64,000 nt of DNA from Candidatus Fermentibacterota bacterium (GCA_963845085.1 CAWJQI010000004.1:416001-480000), one strand, 5' to 3'. Positions 1 to 9,667 are shown, counted from the first letter of the stretch. The notes: generated from the sequence alone by a model not told the origin. A program made the numbers and translations.

Positions 1-613
1 TTCTTTCCTGCATGTCATCGGGAATAACATCCTCCCTGATGCTCTCCCCGAGCGAATCCGGATCGAAGTAAACGGCTTTCCCGTGGATGACGTCAACGAT
101 TCCCCGGAACGCCTGACCACTGCCGATTGGCAGGGTAACGGGAAGCGGCCTGGCGCCGAGTATGTCATGCATCATCCGGAGAACCCGCGGGAAGTCGGCT
201 CCCTGGCGGTCCATCTTGTTCACGAAAGCAATCGAAGGGACATTGTACTTCCGGGCCTGGCGCCAGACGGTCTCGGTCTGCGGCTCCACGCCGCCCACCG
301 CGCAGAAGACCGCTACTCCGCCGTCGAGGACGCGCAGCGACCTTTCCACCTCCGCCGTGAAGTCAACATGCCCGGGTGTGTCTATGATGTTGATGGTGGT
401 GTTCTTCCATGAGCAGGTGGTGGCGGCGGACACGATCGTGATGCCCCGCTCCCTCTCCTGGGGCATCCAATCCATCACGGCGGTGCCGTGATCGACATCG
501 CCCATGCGATGGGTTCGACCCGTATAAAAAAGGATCCTCTCGGTGACCGTCGTCTTGCCCGCGTCGATATGGGCGAAGATGCCGATGTTCCGTAAGGCGC
601 TGGGACTATTCAT
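1..613 (-). CDS. fusA: Elongation factor G family GTPase, 5' part (runs off the window edge)
   Basis: Manual translation from ATG 613: [32 protein letters not shown]...ERERGITI...[23 protein letters not shown]...NKMD (G1-G4 motifs). Not in the ORF track. May be a paralog. Confidence 0.9.
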   Translation of the reverse strand, partial: MNSPSALRNIGIFAHIDAGKTTVTERILFYTGRTHRMGDVDHGTAVMDWMPQERERGITIVSAATTCSWKNTTINIIDTPGHVDFTAEVERSLRVLDGGVAVFCAVGGVEPQTETVWRQARKYNVPSIAFVNKMDRQGADFPRVLRMMHDILGARPLPVTLPIGSGQAFRGIVDVIHGKAVYFDPDSLGESIREDVIPDDMQER

Positions 614-685
614 GGGCAGACCTGTTCCCCCCTGCTTGTGCGGTACAGGAGGGCAACCTTACAACGGGGACCCGTTTTGTCAAGT

Positions 686-1180
686 TCAGCGGTAGATCGA
701 GAGTTCCCTGGCGGCCCTTTCAGAATCGGGGTCGGGAATCGTCCCGACAGCCCTGATGCCCCGGATGTACTGCTCGGGAAGGTTGTTCTCGATGGCGCCC
801 CTGATGACATGTTCCCGGTACCAGTCGTACGGTTTCAACGACGGATCGATCACTGTTGCGCAGTAAACCCCTGCTCTCACGACGCTGTTCTGGCAAAGAA
901 CAACATCGACCTGCCGGTTTTCGTAGCCCGATCCCGCCCCCTCGATCGCATCCAGCCTGTCCATGCCTTCGGGATCGATCTCGTACACCACTCCGAGCAC
1001 CTCGTGCGTCGGATCCCCCGTGAAGAAGGCATCGCACTTCGCTGAACCGTCCCTCTCGCCGGCCTTGTGGAAAACGAGCCGGTATCCGCGGAGGGTTCCG
1101 ACACCCAGCCTGCGTACGGAAGGGATCCTTGCCGCAAGCCGTGCCAGCGACATGTTCGAGCCGTAAGCGAAGTATTTCAA
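686..1180 (-). CDS. Gamma-glutamylcyclotransferase (AIG2-like) family protein
   Basis: YFAYGSNM motif and LDAIEG motif; TTG start at 1180 overlaps the upstream stop (TTGA) and has an AGGAG SD. Confidence 0.85.
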   Translation of the reverse strand: MKYFAYGSNMSLARLAARIPSVRRLGVGTLRGYRLVFHKAGERDGSAKCDAFFTGDPTHEVLGVVYEIDPEGMDRLDAIEGAGSGYENRQVDVVLCQNSVVRAGVYCATVIDPSLKPYDWYREHVIRGAIENNLPEQYIRGIRAVGTIPDPDSERAARELSIYR

Positions 1181-2091
1181 CTGTTCTCCTGACCTGTCAG
1201 AAACCTGCATCCGCCCTCACACTCCGAACGAACTGCACAGCCGCGGCAGGAATCATAAGGGAATCTGCCTCTGAACAGCTGCACCTCGCTTCGACGGCTG
1301 AGAGTGGAGAAGTCATCGACAAGCAGGTTGCCGATGTCGACACCGCTCTGTTCACAGGTGCGCAGCCCGCCGACCGACCCAATCGCCCACTTGCCGTCAC
1401 CGCACCGGCACGCGGTTGGAACCACCCCCCATTCCGACATTCGGGGAAAGGCGCATGGTTCCATGGGAATTCCCGCATAGACCGGCAGCGAGCAGAGTGA
1501 GGCTGCCCGCCCTGCCGAAATGAATGCAGCATCCAGCTGGTCTTTTGAAGGCGCAAGCCATTCATCCGAGGGTCTGCCGGTTCGAACGAAGCGGTTCAGG
1601 CAGACCGCATCGGCACCGAGCGCGGCTGCGAGCCCCACGACCCTTCCGGCCATGCCGTGGCTTTCCGATGTGATGCAGAGCGATACGGTTACACTCGCGC
1701 CTGAGGCAGCGGCCGCAGCGATCCCCCCGGCCACTTCCTGGAAGGTGCTCTCCACCCCGATGTCAAAGTGGCCAACCCCTGCCCTCAGAAGCTCCCGGAC
1801 AAGTTCCGGAGTGAGCAGAAGCCCGTTCGTTGCAACGGCCGCGGTGAAACCGCAGGTTTTTGCATGCGTGGCAATTTCAACGATGTCATCGCGCAGAAGC
1901 GGCTCGCCCCCTGTAAGGGTCACTCCGGCCGCCTTAACATCGTGCGACAGACGGCCGAACAGTGACCCCACTTCGGAAAGGGGAAGCTCACCCTGAACAG
2001 AGACTCCGGGAGTTCGCCAGGCGTTGTAGCAGAAGCTGCAGGACAGGTTGCAGCGGGGTGTGACCTCGAAGGCGAACCAGGGGCGCCTCAG
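1177..2091 (-). CDS. Radical SAM protein with SPASM domain
   Basis: CNLSCSFC (CxxxCxxC), GGEPLLR, and C-terminal Cys cluster (CRCG...TC...CRGC...CEGGC). Start uncertain: CTG at 2091 or ATG at 2283. Confidence 0.85.
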   Translation of the reverse strand: MRRPWFAFEVTPRCNLSCSFCYNAWRTPGVSVQGELPLSEVGSLFGRLSHDVKAAGVTLTGGEPLLRDDIVEIATHAKTCGFTAAVATNGLLLTPELVRELLRAGVGHFDIGVESTFQEVAGGIAAAAASGASVTVSLCITSESHGMAGRVVGLAAALGADAVCLNRFVRTGRPSDEWLAPSKDQLDAAFISAGRAASLCSLPVYAGIPMEPCAFPRMSEWGVVPTACRCGDGKWAIGSVGGLRTCEQSGVDIGNLLVDDFSTLSRRSEVQLFRGRFPYDSCRGCAVRSECEGGCRFLTGQENS

Positions 2092-2783
2092 TGAAGTCCG
2101 TCCATCAGGTCGGAGAGGAGCGGGGCCAGATAGGGGCGCATTTCCCTGAATCCCTGAAGCCTTTCTTCCCCGAACTCCTCCGCGAGGGACCGGTATAAAA
2201 GCTCGATCTCCATAAGGCGTTCCTCCTGGGGGTACGCCATGTAGCCGCGCTGATCTCCAACAGTCTGCAGAAGAGCCCAGCATTCGAACTGCCTGTAAAG
2301 GGTGTCCGACGCGGCGGCGATAACCTCCTCGGAGATGCCACCATCCGTGCGGAGCTTCTCAAGCTCGCGCAGCCTCGCATCGAGGTCGTAAAGCAGGTTA
2401 TCGCTCATGGTCAGCGTCCAGGCGGGCATCATGCGCGTGAGGAGCATCGGGTTCACTCTGCTCAACCTGAGGGCGCGAGTCTCGACAAGCAGGCCGGCCG
2501 TCTCGACCGCCCGCCACATGCCGCCGGTTTCCCCCGACGGGTTGAGCGCCTCGAGACTTTGCCTGACCCCCGCGGCTATGCTGTCAGCCTTGCCGGGATC
2601 AAGCTCACCGGCGGGTTCGAACTGCCCTCCAGTGCCCGGCACCCTGTTGAGTAACTCCCAGTATTCCCTGATGATCGCCCACTCCCCGGAGCCAAGCACC
2701 CGCTGAAGGGCCAGCCTCTGAAGCAGGCCGGACGGCTCGGTGCTCACTGCGGGAAGCGATGGAGGAGGCGCCTGCTGAAGCAT
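2088..2783 (-). CDS. Hypothetical helical protein
   Basis: 231-aa ORF coupled to both neighbours by stop/start overlaps. Confidence 0.65.
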   Translation of the reverse strand: MLQQAPPPSLPAVSTEPSGLLQRLALQRVLGSGEWAIIREYWELLNRVPGTGGQFEPAGELDPGKADSIAAGVRQSLEALNPSGETGGMWRAVETAGLLVETRALRLSRVNPMLLTRMMPAWTLTMSDNLLYDLDARLRELEKLRTDGGISEEVIAAASDTLYRQFECWALLQTVGDQRGYMAYPQEERLMEIELLYRSLAEEFGEERLQGFREMRPYLAPLLSDLMDGLH

Positions 2784-3388
2784 CAGAGCCTGCCTGCCTT
2801 GAGTGCGGCAGCAACGGCAACCAATTCTGCCACCACCCTTCTCACTGATGAGACATTTCTTTTGTCAGTGAGTTCTCCCCTCTCCCCGAACGCCTCCCGG
2901 GCTCCGGACACGGCGTGCTGAGACGGAATGACCATCACACCGAGATTTGTCAGAAGAACCCTCAGTGCCGAGAGACTCCGCAACCCCCCGAGGCTTCCGG
3001 GAGAGGCGGCCAGAATCGCCGCCGTCTTTCCCTGGAAAGCCGAGAGAGGTTTTTCGTCATTCGTCTCCGAGCGGGACGCCCAGTCCAGAACATTCTTCAG
3101 CAGGGGCGTCACAAACCCGTTGTACTCGGGCGACGCGATAAGGAATCCGTCGTGATCGGCCAGCAGCCTCTTGAACTCCAGCCCTTCCCCGGGAATGCCG
3201 TTCGATGCCTCGAGGTCTTCGTTCATGAGCGGCATGGGGTAGTCGGCAAGCTCGACCAGCGTGACCTCTGCACCCGCCTCCTCCGCGAAGCCGGCAGCCT
3301 GTGCTGCGAGCATGCGGTTGAAGGATCCCCTGCGCGAACTGCCGGCGAAGGCGAGAACACGCGGTCTGCGGGTGATCACGTCAGTCAA
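2783..3388 (-). CDS. NADPH-dependent FMN reductase
   Basis: GSSRRGSFN, SPEYN, LKNVLDWASR and SPGSLGG motifs. Confidence 0.9.
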   Translation of the reverse strand: MTDVITRRPRVLAFAGSSRRGSFNRMLAAQAAGFAEEAGAEVTLVELADYPMPLMNEDLEASNGIPGEGLEFKRLLADHDGFLIASPEYNGFVTPLLKNVLDWASRSETNDEKPLSAFQGKTAAILAASPGSLGGLRSLSALRVLLTNLGVMVIPSQHAVSGAREAFGERGELTDKRNVSSVRRVVAELVAVAAALKAGRL

Positions 3389-3929
3389 GGATCATCTTCA
3401 TACCGGCCCAGCTTGTTTCCTGAAGTTCGAAGCCCTGAATGGTTATCTCCGCCGTGGTCATGAACTCGTGCTGCGTGGTGAAATCGTCGGCACCGGCGGG
3501 ACCCCTTGCAAGAATGATGGGGTAGGTGGTGCCCGGCACCAGAGGCTTGTCGTACTGGTCCCCCGAATCGAGGGGGATGGTGAAACGGATCTGGGTTTCA
3601 CCCCCGGCTTCGGAACCTCCGTCGATGACCACATCATGGGTGCCCCCCATCAACGTGTCGGCCCTGTGGGAGGTGGCCTGCCAGCCGAAGTCGTCGCGGA
3701 TGAATGTATCGCCGCCGGACACGTAGCCGATGATGATGTTGGCGTCGAGCATCATCGTTGAGGGATCGAAGCCGACTGCCACCCAGCCGGTGGTGGGTCC
3801 GGTGAGCTCAACGGAGAGGTCTCCTCCGGCCTGGGTCTCCCAGCGGAGAGTAAACCCCGAGACCTCGATCTCCTGCCAGGCGATAGATGTGCCAGCGAGA
3901 AACACGCACAGTATCAAATACTTCGCCAC
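3381..3929 (-). CDS. Secreted DOMON domain protein (paralog 1) with C-terminal TSWAGMK tail
   Basis: Signal peptide; GWVAVGF..MLDANIIIG; C-terminal His (TQH); GTG start with AGGAAGG SD. Confidence 0.8.
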   Translation of the reverse strand: MAKYLILCVFLAGTSIAWQEIEVSGFTLRWETQAGGDLSVELTGPTTGWVAVGFDPSTMMLDANIIIGYVSGGDTFIRDDFGWQATSHRADTLMGGTHDVVIDGGSEAGGETQIRFTIPLDSGDQYDKPLVPGTTYPIILARGPAGADDFTTQHEFMTTAEITIQGFELQETSWAGMKMILD

Positions 3930-4011
3930 AGCGCACCTTCCTTTCAAACCGTTGCACATGCATAATAATACAAAGGTCTGGCTGGAAAACCATTAGCGTG
4001 TTGGAGGAAGC

Positions 4012-4542
4012 ATGAGACCCTGGCAGGCAGCACTGGTCGCCCTGATTCTTGCCGCAGGCTGCGGTGACGACCCCGCCGGCCCTTCGGGCGAGGATTGGCA
4101 GTCGTACACCACAGGCGACGTCGTGTTCGAATGGAGAATCGAGGAGGATGGAACGGTTCTTCACGTACGGCTTGAGGCACCCACCACCGGCTGGGTGGCG
4201 GTGGGGTTCGAACCGACCGTTCTGATGAAGGACGCCAACCTGATCATCGGCTATTCCGAAAACGACAGCGAGTACATCCGTGACGACTTCGGAACCAATG
4301 TAACCAGCCACGAGGCGGACCTTTCGCTCGGCGGAACGAGCGATGTGACCCTTCTCGGAGGCGGCCAGGTGGGCAACCGGACCAACATGGAGTTCTCGAT
4401 ACCAATGGCTTCAGGCGACGCCTACGATGTCGTTCTGACTCAGGGAACCACGCACACCATCATTCTGGCTTACGGTCCCAGCGGAGGCGATGATTTCACA
4501 AGCGCACACCAGTTCGCAGAAGCGGTTTCCCTCGAACTGTAG
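4012..4542 (+). CDS. DOMON domain lipoprotein (paralog 2)
   Basis: Lipobox LAAGC; GWVAVGF..MKDANLIIG; C-terminal His (SAH); GGAGG SD. Confidence 0.8.
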   Translation: MRPWQAALVALILAAGCGDDPAGPSGEDWQSYTTGDVVFEWRIEEDGTVLHVRLEAPTTGWVAVGFEPTVLMKDANLIIGYSENDSEYIRDDFGTNVTSHEADLSLGGTSDVTLLGGGQVGNRTNMEFSIPMASGDAYDVVLTQGTTHTIILAYGPSGGDDFTSAHQFAEAVSLEL

Positions 4543-4548
4543 GAGGCA

Positions 4549-5283
4549 GTGATGAGAACAATTGTCGTTCTGCTCGCATTGGCCGTTCCCCTTGCCGCCT
4601 ACGGGCCCGGCATGCTGAACATCGAAACGCCGTCCGCAGGCGTGGAGGCACGAAGCATTGAATTCAGGCTCAACCACCGTTTTTACGGCACAGCCCTGAA
4701 GAATGAACCTCTCGAGACCTTCTTCGGAATGGACAACGGCGCCAACATCGGCGTCGAGCTTGGCTGGTTTCCTGTCAACGCGCTGGAAATAAGGGCGGGA
4801 CACGTCCGTTCCGGGAGGGAATACACGCTGGGCGGCTACTGGAGCGCATTCGTCGACAGATTCGAAGCAGCTTTCTCGATGGGCTATTCATCCGTCAAGC
4901 AGTCAGCCAACCAGGACCGGGAGGGCGGACTGACTCTCATCGGGGCATTCTCGGCCCCCTTCGCCGACGGCAGGGTGATCCCGACGGTCAACTACTGCTA
5001 TGACGGAAGAACCGAGCGGCACGGCCCGGGCTTCGGGCTGTCGCTGGGTCTTTCCGACAACACGGCGCTTGTCGGCGAGTTCTTTCCTGTGGTCGACAGG
5101 GACGATGATGACCCCCAGATACTTCCGGAAGACGTCTTCAGCTTCGGTGTCCGCCGCACGACATGGGGACACCAGTTCATCGTCTGCATGGGCAACGCCC
5201 CGGGAACAGGGCCGAGGGGCCAGCTCAACGGGGCGGCGACGAACGACCTGTCCATCGGATTCACGGTTCGAAGGATGTTCTAG
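4549..5283 (+). CDS. Outer-membrane beta-barrel protein (DUF5777-like)
   Basis: Signal peptide; HRF, FFGMD and TWGHQF motifs; C-terminal Phe. Confidence 0.65.
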   Translation: MMRTIVVLLALAVPLAAYGPGMLNIETPSAGVEARSIEFRLNHRFYGTALKNEPLETFFGMDNGANIGVELGWFPVNALEIRAGHVRSGREYTLGGYWSAFVDRFEAAFSMGYSSVKQSANQDREGGLTLIGAFSAPFADGRVIPTVNYCYDGRTERHGPGFGLSLGLSDNTALVGEFFPVVDRDDDDPQILPEDVFSFGVRRTTWGHQFIVCMGNAPGTGPRGQLNGAATNDLSIGFTVRRMF

Positions 5284-5295
5284 AAAGGGGCCTTC

Positions 5296-5697
5296 ATGGG
5301 GAAGTTCACACCCGACCCCGATGAGAGGGTTTTTACCGAGAAGCGCAGGTACACGTTGCAGGGCGGCAGGATAAAGTTCCCTGTTGACTGTCGGTGCATT
5401 CTCACGGACAGAAGGTTCGTCTTCCATGATCTGGGAAAACTGGCGCCCCTTTACATGCAGCTTGGCATACTTCTCAAGCTTCTCATCAGGGGCAGGCCGG
5501 TCAGCCTTCCGTACGGAAGCATCAAACTGAGCAGGGGCACCTACGGCAGAAACTCGAAGATGCTCCTGGTTGCATCCGATGACGGCAACAGTGTCCTGCT
5601 TGACGGCTTCGACAAGTCGCTGGAGTGGATTCGCACCACCCTCGAGGAGAACGGGATGGGCCTCGTCCAGACCGGCGGGGAGGAGTGGAGGCTGTAA
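5296..5697 (+). CDS. Hypothetical protein (possibly PH-like)
   Basis: 133-aa ORF in operon position with SD. Confidence 0.6.
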   Translation: MGKFTPDPDERVFTEKRRYTLQGGRIKFPVDCRCILTDRRFVFHDLGKLAPLYMQLGILLKLLIRGRPVSLPYGSIKLSRGTYGRNSKMLLVASDDGNSVLLDGFDKSLEWIRTTLEENGMGLVQTGGEEWRL

Positions 5698-5708
5698 CAG
5701 GCCCTGTG

Positions 5709-6941
5709 ATGCCAGACAGACTCGGCACAATAGTCATCGGGGCGGGTCCTGCGGGGCTTTTTTGCGCACTCCACGCATGCCGCGGGAATAACAGAGTGCT
5801 TCTGCTCGAAAAAAACGGTTCAGCCGGCAGGAAGCTTCTTCTCTCGGGATCGGGGCAGTGCAACTTCACCCATTCCGGAGACATGGGCGAGTTCACCAAC
5901 CACTACGGCGAAGCGGCCAACTTCGTGAAACCCGCCCTTTTTGCATTCACCAACATGGACCTGTGCAGCTTCCTCGCGGAAAACGGAGTGCGGACGATCG
6001 CCCGTGATGACGGCAAGATGTTCCCGGCCAGCATGAATGCCCGTGATGTACTTCTGGCCCTTCTGCGTTCCTGCGAGATCTCCGGTGCGGGGGTCCGCTA
6101 TGAATCGGCCGTCACATCCGTCACGATCGATGGCGCGGGGTTCAGGGTGGAAACACGGGATGATGCTTTTCGTTCCGATTCCCTCGTGATTGCGGCGGGG
6201 GGAATGTCGTACCCCGACACGGGCTCGAACGGTGATGGTTTCACAATTGCAGGGTCACTGGGGCACACCGTCACCGGGATCACCCCCGCCCTGGCTCCGA
6301 TCATCGCCGGGGCACCCTTTCCCGGTGAGCTCGCGGGTGTGTCGCTGAAGGATGCCGGGATCATCGTGAACCGTTCAGGAAGAAGGGCCGCTTCGGGCAG
6401 AGGCGACGTTCTTTTCACGGGCAACGGGCTCTCGGGGCCTGGAATTCTCGATCTGAGCCGCTCCATAAGGGATGCCGATGTGCTTTCCCTGTCCCTCACC
6501 GGCATGAGCTCAGGCGATGTGGAAACCCGCCTGATCGCTGCACTTCAGGAGGGGGGAAAGAAAACGGTGCGCAACATCCTGAAAACCCTTGGAATCCCCG
6601 AAAGGCTTGCGGATACGGTTCTTGAACTGGCCGGGACCGACCCTGCCCGAAAGGGTGGAGAGGTGAGCAGAACCGAGCGCATGAGAATTCTGGGCTTCAT
6701 CACGGGTTTCCCCGTCACGGTTGAAAAAAAGGGCGGGTTCCCTGTTGCCATGGCCACCGCAGGCGGCGTTCACAGGGATGAGATCGACCGGCATTCCATG
6801 CGGTCAAGGCTGGTGGCGAACCTCTACTTCGCGGGTGAGGTGATCGACGTCGACGGCGACACCGGCGGCTACAACCTTCAGTGGGCCTTCTCGTCGGGTC
6901 GGGCCGCCGCGAAGGCGATCCTCGGCACTTCGCAGAAATGA
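5709..6941 (+). CDS. HI0933/BaiN/YhiN-family NAD(P)/FAD-dependent flavoprotein
   Basis: GAGPAG, GRKLLLSGSGQCNFT, ATAGGV and GEVIDVDGDTGGYNLQWAFSSG motifs. Confidence 0.92.
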   Translation: MPDRLGTIVIGAGPAGLFCALHACRGNNRVLLLEKNGSAGRKLLLSGSGQCNFTHSGDMGEFTNHYGEAANFVKPALFAFTNMDLCSFLAENGVRTIARDDGKMFPASMNARDVLLALLRSCEISGAGVRYESAVTSVTIDGAGFRVETRDDAFRSDSLVIAAGGMSYPDTGSNGDGFTIAGSLGHTVTGITPALAPIIAGAPFPGELAGVSLKDAGIIVNRSGRRAASGRGDVLFTGNGLSGPGILDLSRSIRDADVLSLSLTGMSSGDVETRLIAALQEGGKKTVRNILKTLGIPERLADTVLELAGTDPARKGGEVSRTERMRILGFITGFPVTVEKKGGFPVAMATAGGVHRDEIDRHSMRSRLVANLYFAGEVIDVDGDTGGYNLQWAFSSGRAAAKAILGTSQK

Positions 6942-7032
6942 TGCTGTAAATCATTGTTCATCAATGTTTTCGTAAATTGATGGCCGCGATGCTATAATCC
7001 GGAAACATTTTCCGGGGAAGGCATCGCAGATA

Positions 7033-8229
7033 ATGAAAAGAAACACTCGCGCATGGACCATCGTCCTCTCGGGCATGGGCATAAACCTGTCCTTCGGTGT
7101 CCTCTACGCCTGGAGCATCTTTGCAGCCAACCTCAGGGAATCCTACGGCTGGAGCAGCACCCAGGCCTCGCTGCCCTACACAATGGCCGTGGCCATGTTC
7201 GCAGTCATGATGATTGCCGGCGGCCGCCTCCAGGACAAATACGGCCCGAGGTTCGCCGTAACGCTTGCAGGTATCCTGGTCGGCGCCGGAATGGTCCTCT
7301 CCAGCTTTTTTCAGAGCGTTCCGGGGCTTGTGCTGTGCTTTGGCATACTGGCCGGCTCCGGGATCGGTCTGGGGTATTCCGCCACGACCCCTGTGGCCAT
7401 CAAATGGTTCCCGCCGGCCAGGAAGGGGCTCATTTCCGGCATGGTTGTCGGAGGCTTCGGTGCGGCAACGATCTACATCGCACCCCTTACCAACTACCTC
7501 ATCCAGGATCACGGGCTGTTCAATTCCCTCAGAATCCTTGGCATTGCCTTCTTCGTAGTTGTAGTGGGGCTCGCCCAGACACTGAGGAACCCCGGAACGG
7601 AAGAGCAGGCGGCTGCCGCTCCCGCAAACGCCGTTTCGACGGCACGCAACTGCACCTGGAAGGAAATGATCCGGACAAGGCAGTTCTACCAGCTCTGGGT
7701 AATGTTCGTGGCCGGCGCCCTGGCCGGTCTGATGATAATCGGGCACCTTTCGACCATCGCCAGGGTGCAGACCGGACAGAACTTCGGCTTCCTTCTCGTG
7801 GCATTCATGGCTGTCAGCAACGCCCTTGGCCGCCCCATAGCGGGAACGATCTCCGACCGCCTTGGTCGTGCAAGAACCATGATGATCCTTTACATAGCCC
7901 AGGGAACGGTTCTCTTGTTTTTCCCGAACTTCGGCAGTTTTGCCTCGATCCTCTTCGGCGCAGCCGTGGTCACCTTCGCTTACGGCGCGATGCTTTCCGT
8001 GTACCCTTCCGCAGTCGGTGACTTCTACGGCACAAAGAACCTCGGGCTCAACTACGGAGTGCTCTTCACCGCCTGGGGCGTCGGCGGACAGATCGGTCCG
8101 ATGATGGCGGGAAGGATCCTCGACGCAACGGGGGGTTACACGGCTGCCTACTACACCGCTGCGGCGCTCTGTTTCGTGGCGGCCATCATCGGCTTTACGC
8201 TCAGGCCGGTTGCGAACAGGAAAGACTGA
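7033..8229 (+). CDS. MFS transporter, oxalate/formate antiporter (OFA) family
   Basis: About 12 TM segments; GVLYAWSIF, GRLQDKYGPR, KWFPPARKG and NYGVLFTAWG motifs. Confidence 0.9.
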   Translation: MKRNTRAWTIVLSGMGINLSFGVLYAWSIFAANLRESYGWSSTQASLPYTMAVAMFAVMMIAGGRLQDKYGPRFAVTLAGILVGAGMVLSSFFQSVPGLVLCFGILAGSGIGLGYSATTPVAIKWFPPARKGLISGMVVGGFGAATIYIAPLTNYLIQDHGLFNSLRILGIAFFVVVVGLAQTLRNPGTEEQAAAAPANAVSTARNCTWKEMIRTRQFYQLWVMFVAGALAGLMIIGHLSTIARVQTGQNFGFLLVAFMAVSNALGRPIAGTISDRLGRARTMMILYIAQGTVLLFFPNFGSFASILFGAAVVTFAYGAMLSVYPSAVGDFYGTKNLGLNYGVLFTAWGVGGQIGPMMAGRILDATGGYTAAYYTAAALCFVAAIIGFTLRPVANRKD

Positions 8230-8238
8230 CGGCGGGGT

Positions 8239-9555
8239 TCAGATGTAGCCCAGGTTTCTGAGCGCATCGAGGAATGTGTTCTCGACAAGCACTGCTGCAG
8301 GGTTGTATACCGGTGGGGTGGACAGGTAGTACCTTGCCGCTTCCGCCAGCGAGCTGTCGACAGATTCCAGGGGACTGTGTTCACCGCTGTCGGCCGCAAG
8401 GTCGAACATGAACCCGGAACTCCCGCCGTTCACCAGGTGGACCTTCATGAAAGCCCTTCTCGCAGTGACGGCGTACCTTCCCTCGATGCTCATTCCCGCG
8501 GGTACCACCCTGTTTTCCGGGAGCACCCCGGAGAGAAGGCTTGCTCCAAAAATGCCCGGAGGCGCCGGCACCCCGGCCCATGCAAGAACGGTTGGCATCA
8601 GGTCGGCCTGGCTCACGTTGTCGTCGTTCACTTCGCCGACGCCGAACCCTGCACCGGAGATAATGAGCGGTACGTTCAGAAGCTCCTGGTAAAGGGTGTG
8701 GGAATGCCCCAGCTTTTCATGGTCGAGAAACTCCTCACCATGATCGGCGACAACGATCACGATGGCGTCACGCGTCATGCCGCGCTGCCGGAGACCGGAC
8801 AGGAGCCTTCCGATCTGGCTGTCGGTGTAGGAAAGCTCCCCGTCGTAAAGGGCTTCGAGGTTGAAAAGGTCATCCGGCGAGATGCCTGTGGTTCCGTTGT
8901 TCACGTTCACAACAGCCTCCCGCTGCCCCCAGGATGCATCGAATCCGCCGGAATACGCCGGGTCCCTCCAGAGGTCCGCAAATGAGTCGGGTGGAGAATA
9001 TGTGAGGTGGGGGTCGTAGAAATGGACCGCGAGGAACAGCCCTCCGTTGCCGAAACTGCCCCCGTCGACCCACTCCAGAACCGCATCGACAGTCTGCGAG
9101 GCATTCCTGTCGCTGCCGCTGCCCAGCGAGGGCGCACAGTCGAAATGGTTAAACCCCTGATGAAAGCCGAAGTCAGCGTTCATGAAGATGACGTTGAAAA
9201 AGGCGGCCGTGGTGTATCCCGTGCTGTTGAGGCATTCGGCAAGCGTTGTTGCCGCCGGGTCAATGCCGAAGTAGGAATCGCCCCTTCTCCTGGCGTTGTG
9301 CTCGAGTGGAAGAAGGCCTGTGAAGATCGTGGCCATCGAAGGGAGCGTCCAGGGTTCGCCCGCGGTGACGCTCGTGTAACGCACGCCCGCGGCCGCCAGA
9401 CTGTCGATGCAGGGCGTTGTGTCGCGGAAATACCCGTAGCAGCCGAGATGGTCCGCCCTCATGGTGTCAACGATCACAAGGATGATGTTGCCCCTGGGTG
9501 AACTGCCGCACCCGAGGAACACCATGGCGCATGTGAGCAGGGCAAGTCGCCGCAT
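8239..9555 (-). CDS. Sulfatase-like (alkaline phosphatase superfamily) lipoprotein
   Basis: Lipobox FLGC; VDTMRADHLGCYGY, PWTLPSMATIFTG, HFYDPH and ADHGEEF motifs. Confidence 0.85.
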   Translation of the reverse strand: MRRLALLTCAMVFLGCGSSPRGNIILVIVDTMRADHLGCYGYFRDTTPCIDSLAAAGVRYTSVTAGEPWTLPSMATIFTGLLPLEHNARRRGDSYFGIDPAATTLAECLNSTGYTTAAFFNVIFMNADFGFHQGFNHFDCAPSLGSGSDRNASQTVDAVLEWVDGGSFGNGGLFLAVHFYDPHLTYSPPDSFADLWRDPAYSGGFDASWGQREAVVNVNNGTTGISPDDLFNLEALYDGELSYTDSQIGRLLSGLRQRGMTRDAIVIVVADHGEEFLDHEKLGHSHTLYQELLNVPLIISGAGFGVGEVNDDNVSQADLMPTVLAWAGVPAPPGIFGASLLSGVLPENRVVPAGMSIEGRYAVTARRAFMKVHLVNGGSSGFMFDLAADSGEHSPLESVDSSLAEAARYYLSTPPVYNPAAVLVENTFLDALRNLGYI

Positions 9556-9667
9556 ACCCCCCCGTTCAAGGGAAATGGCGCTGGAACGCACTTTTTCAAC
9601 CGATTCGATGATATGGGTGCACCACAGCCCTGTCAACGCTTGCGGGCATGCCTTCGGCGAAGGCTGG

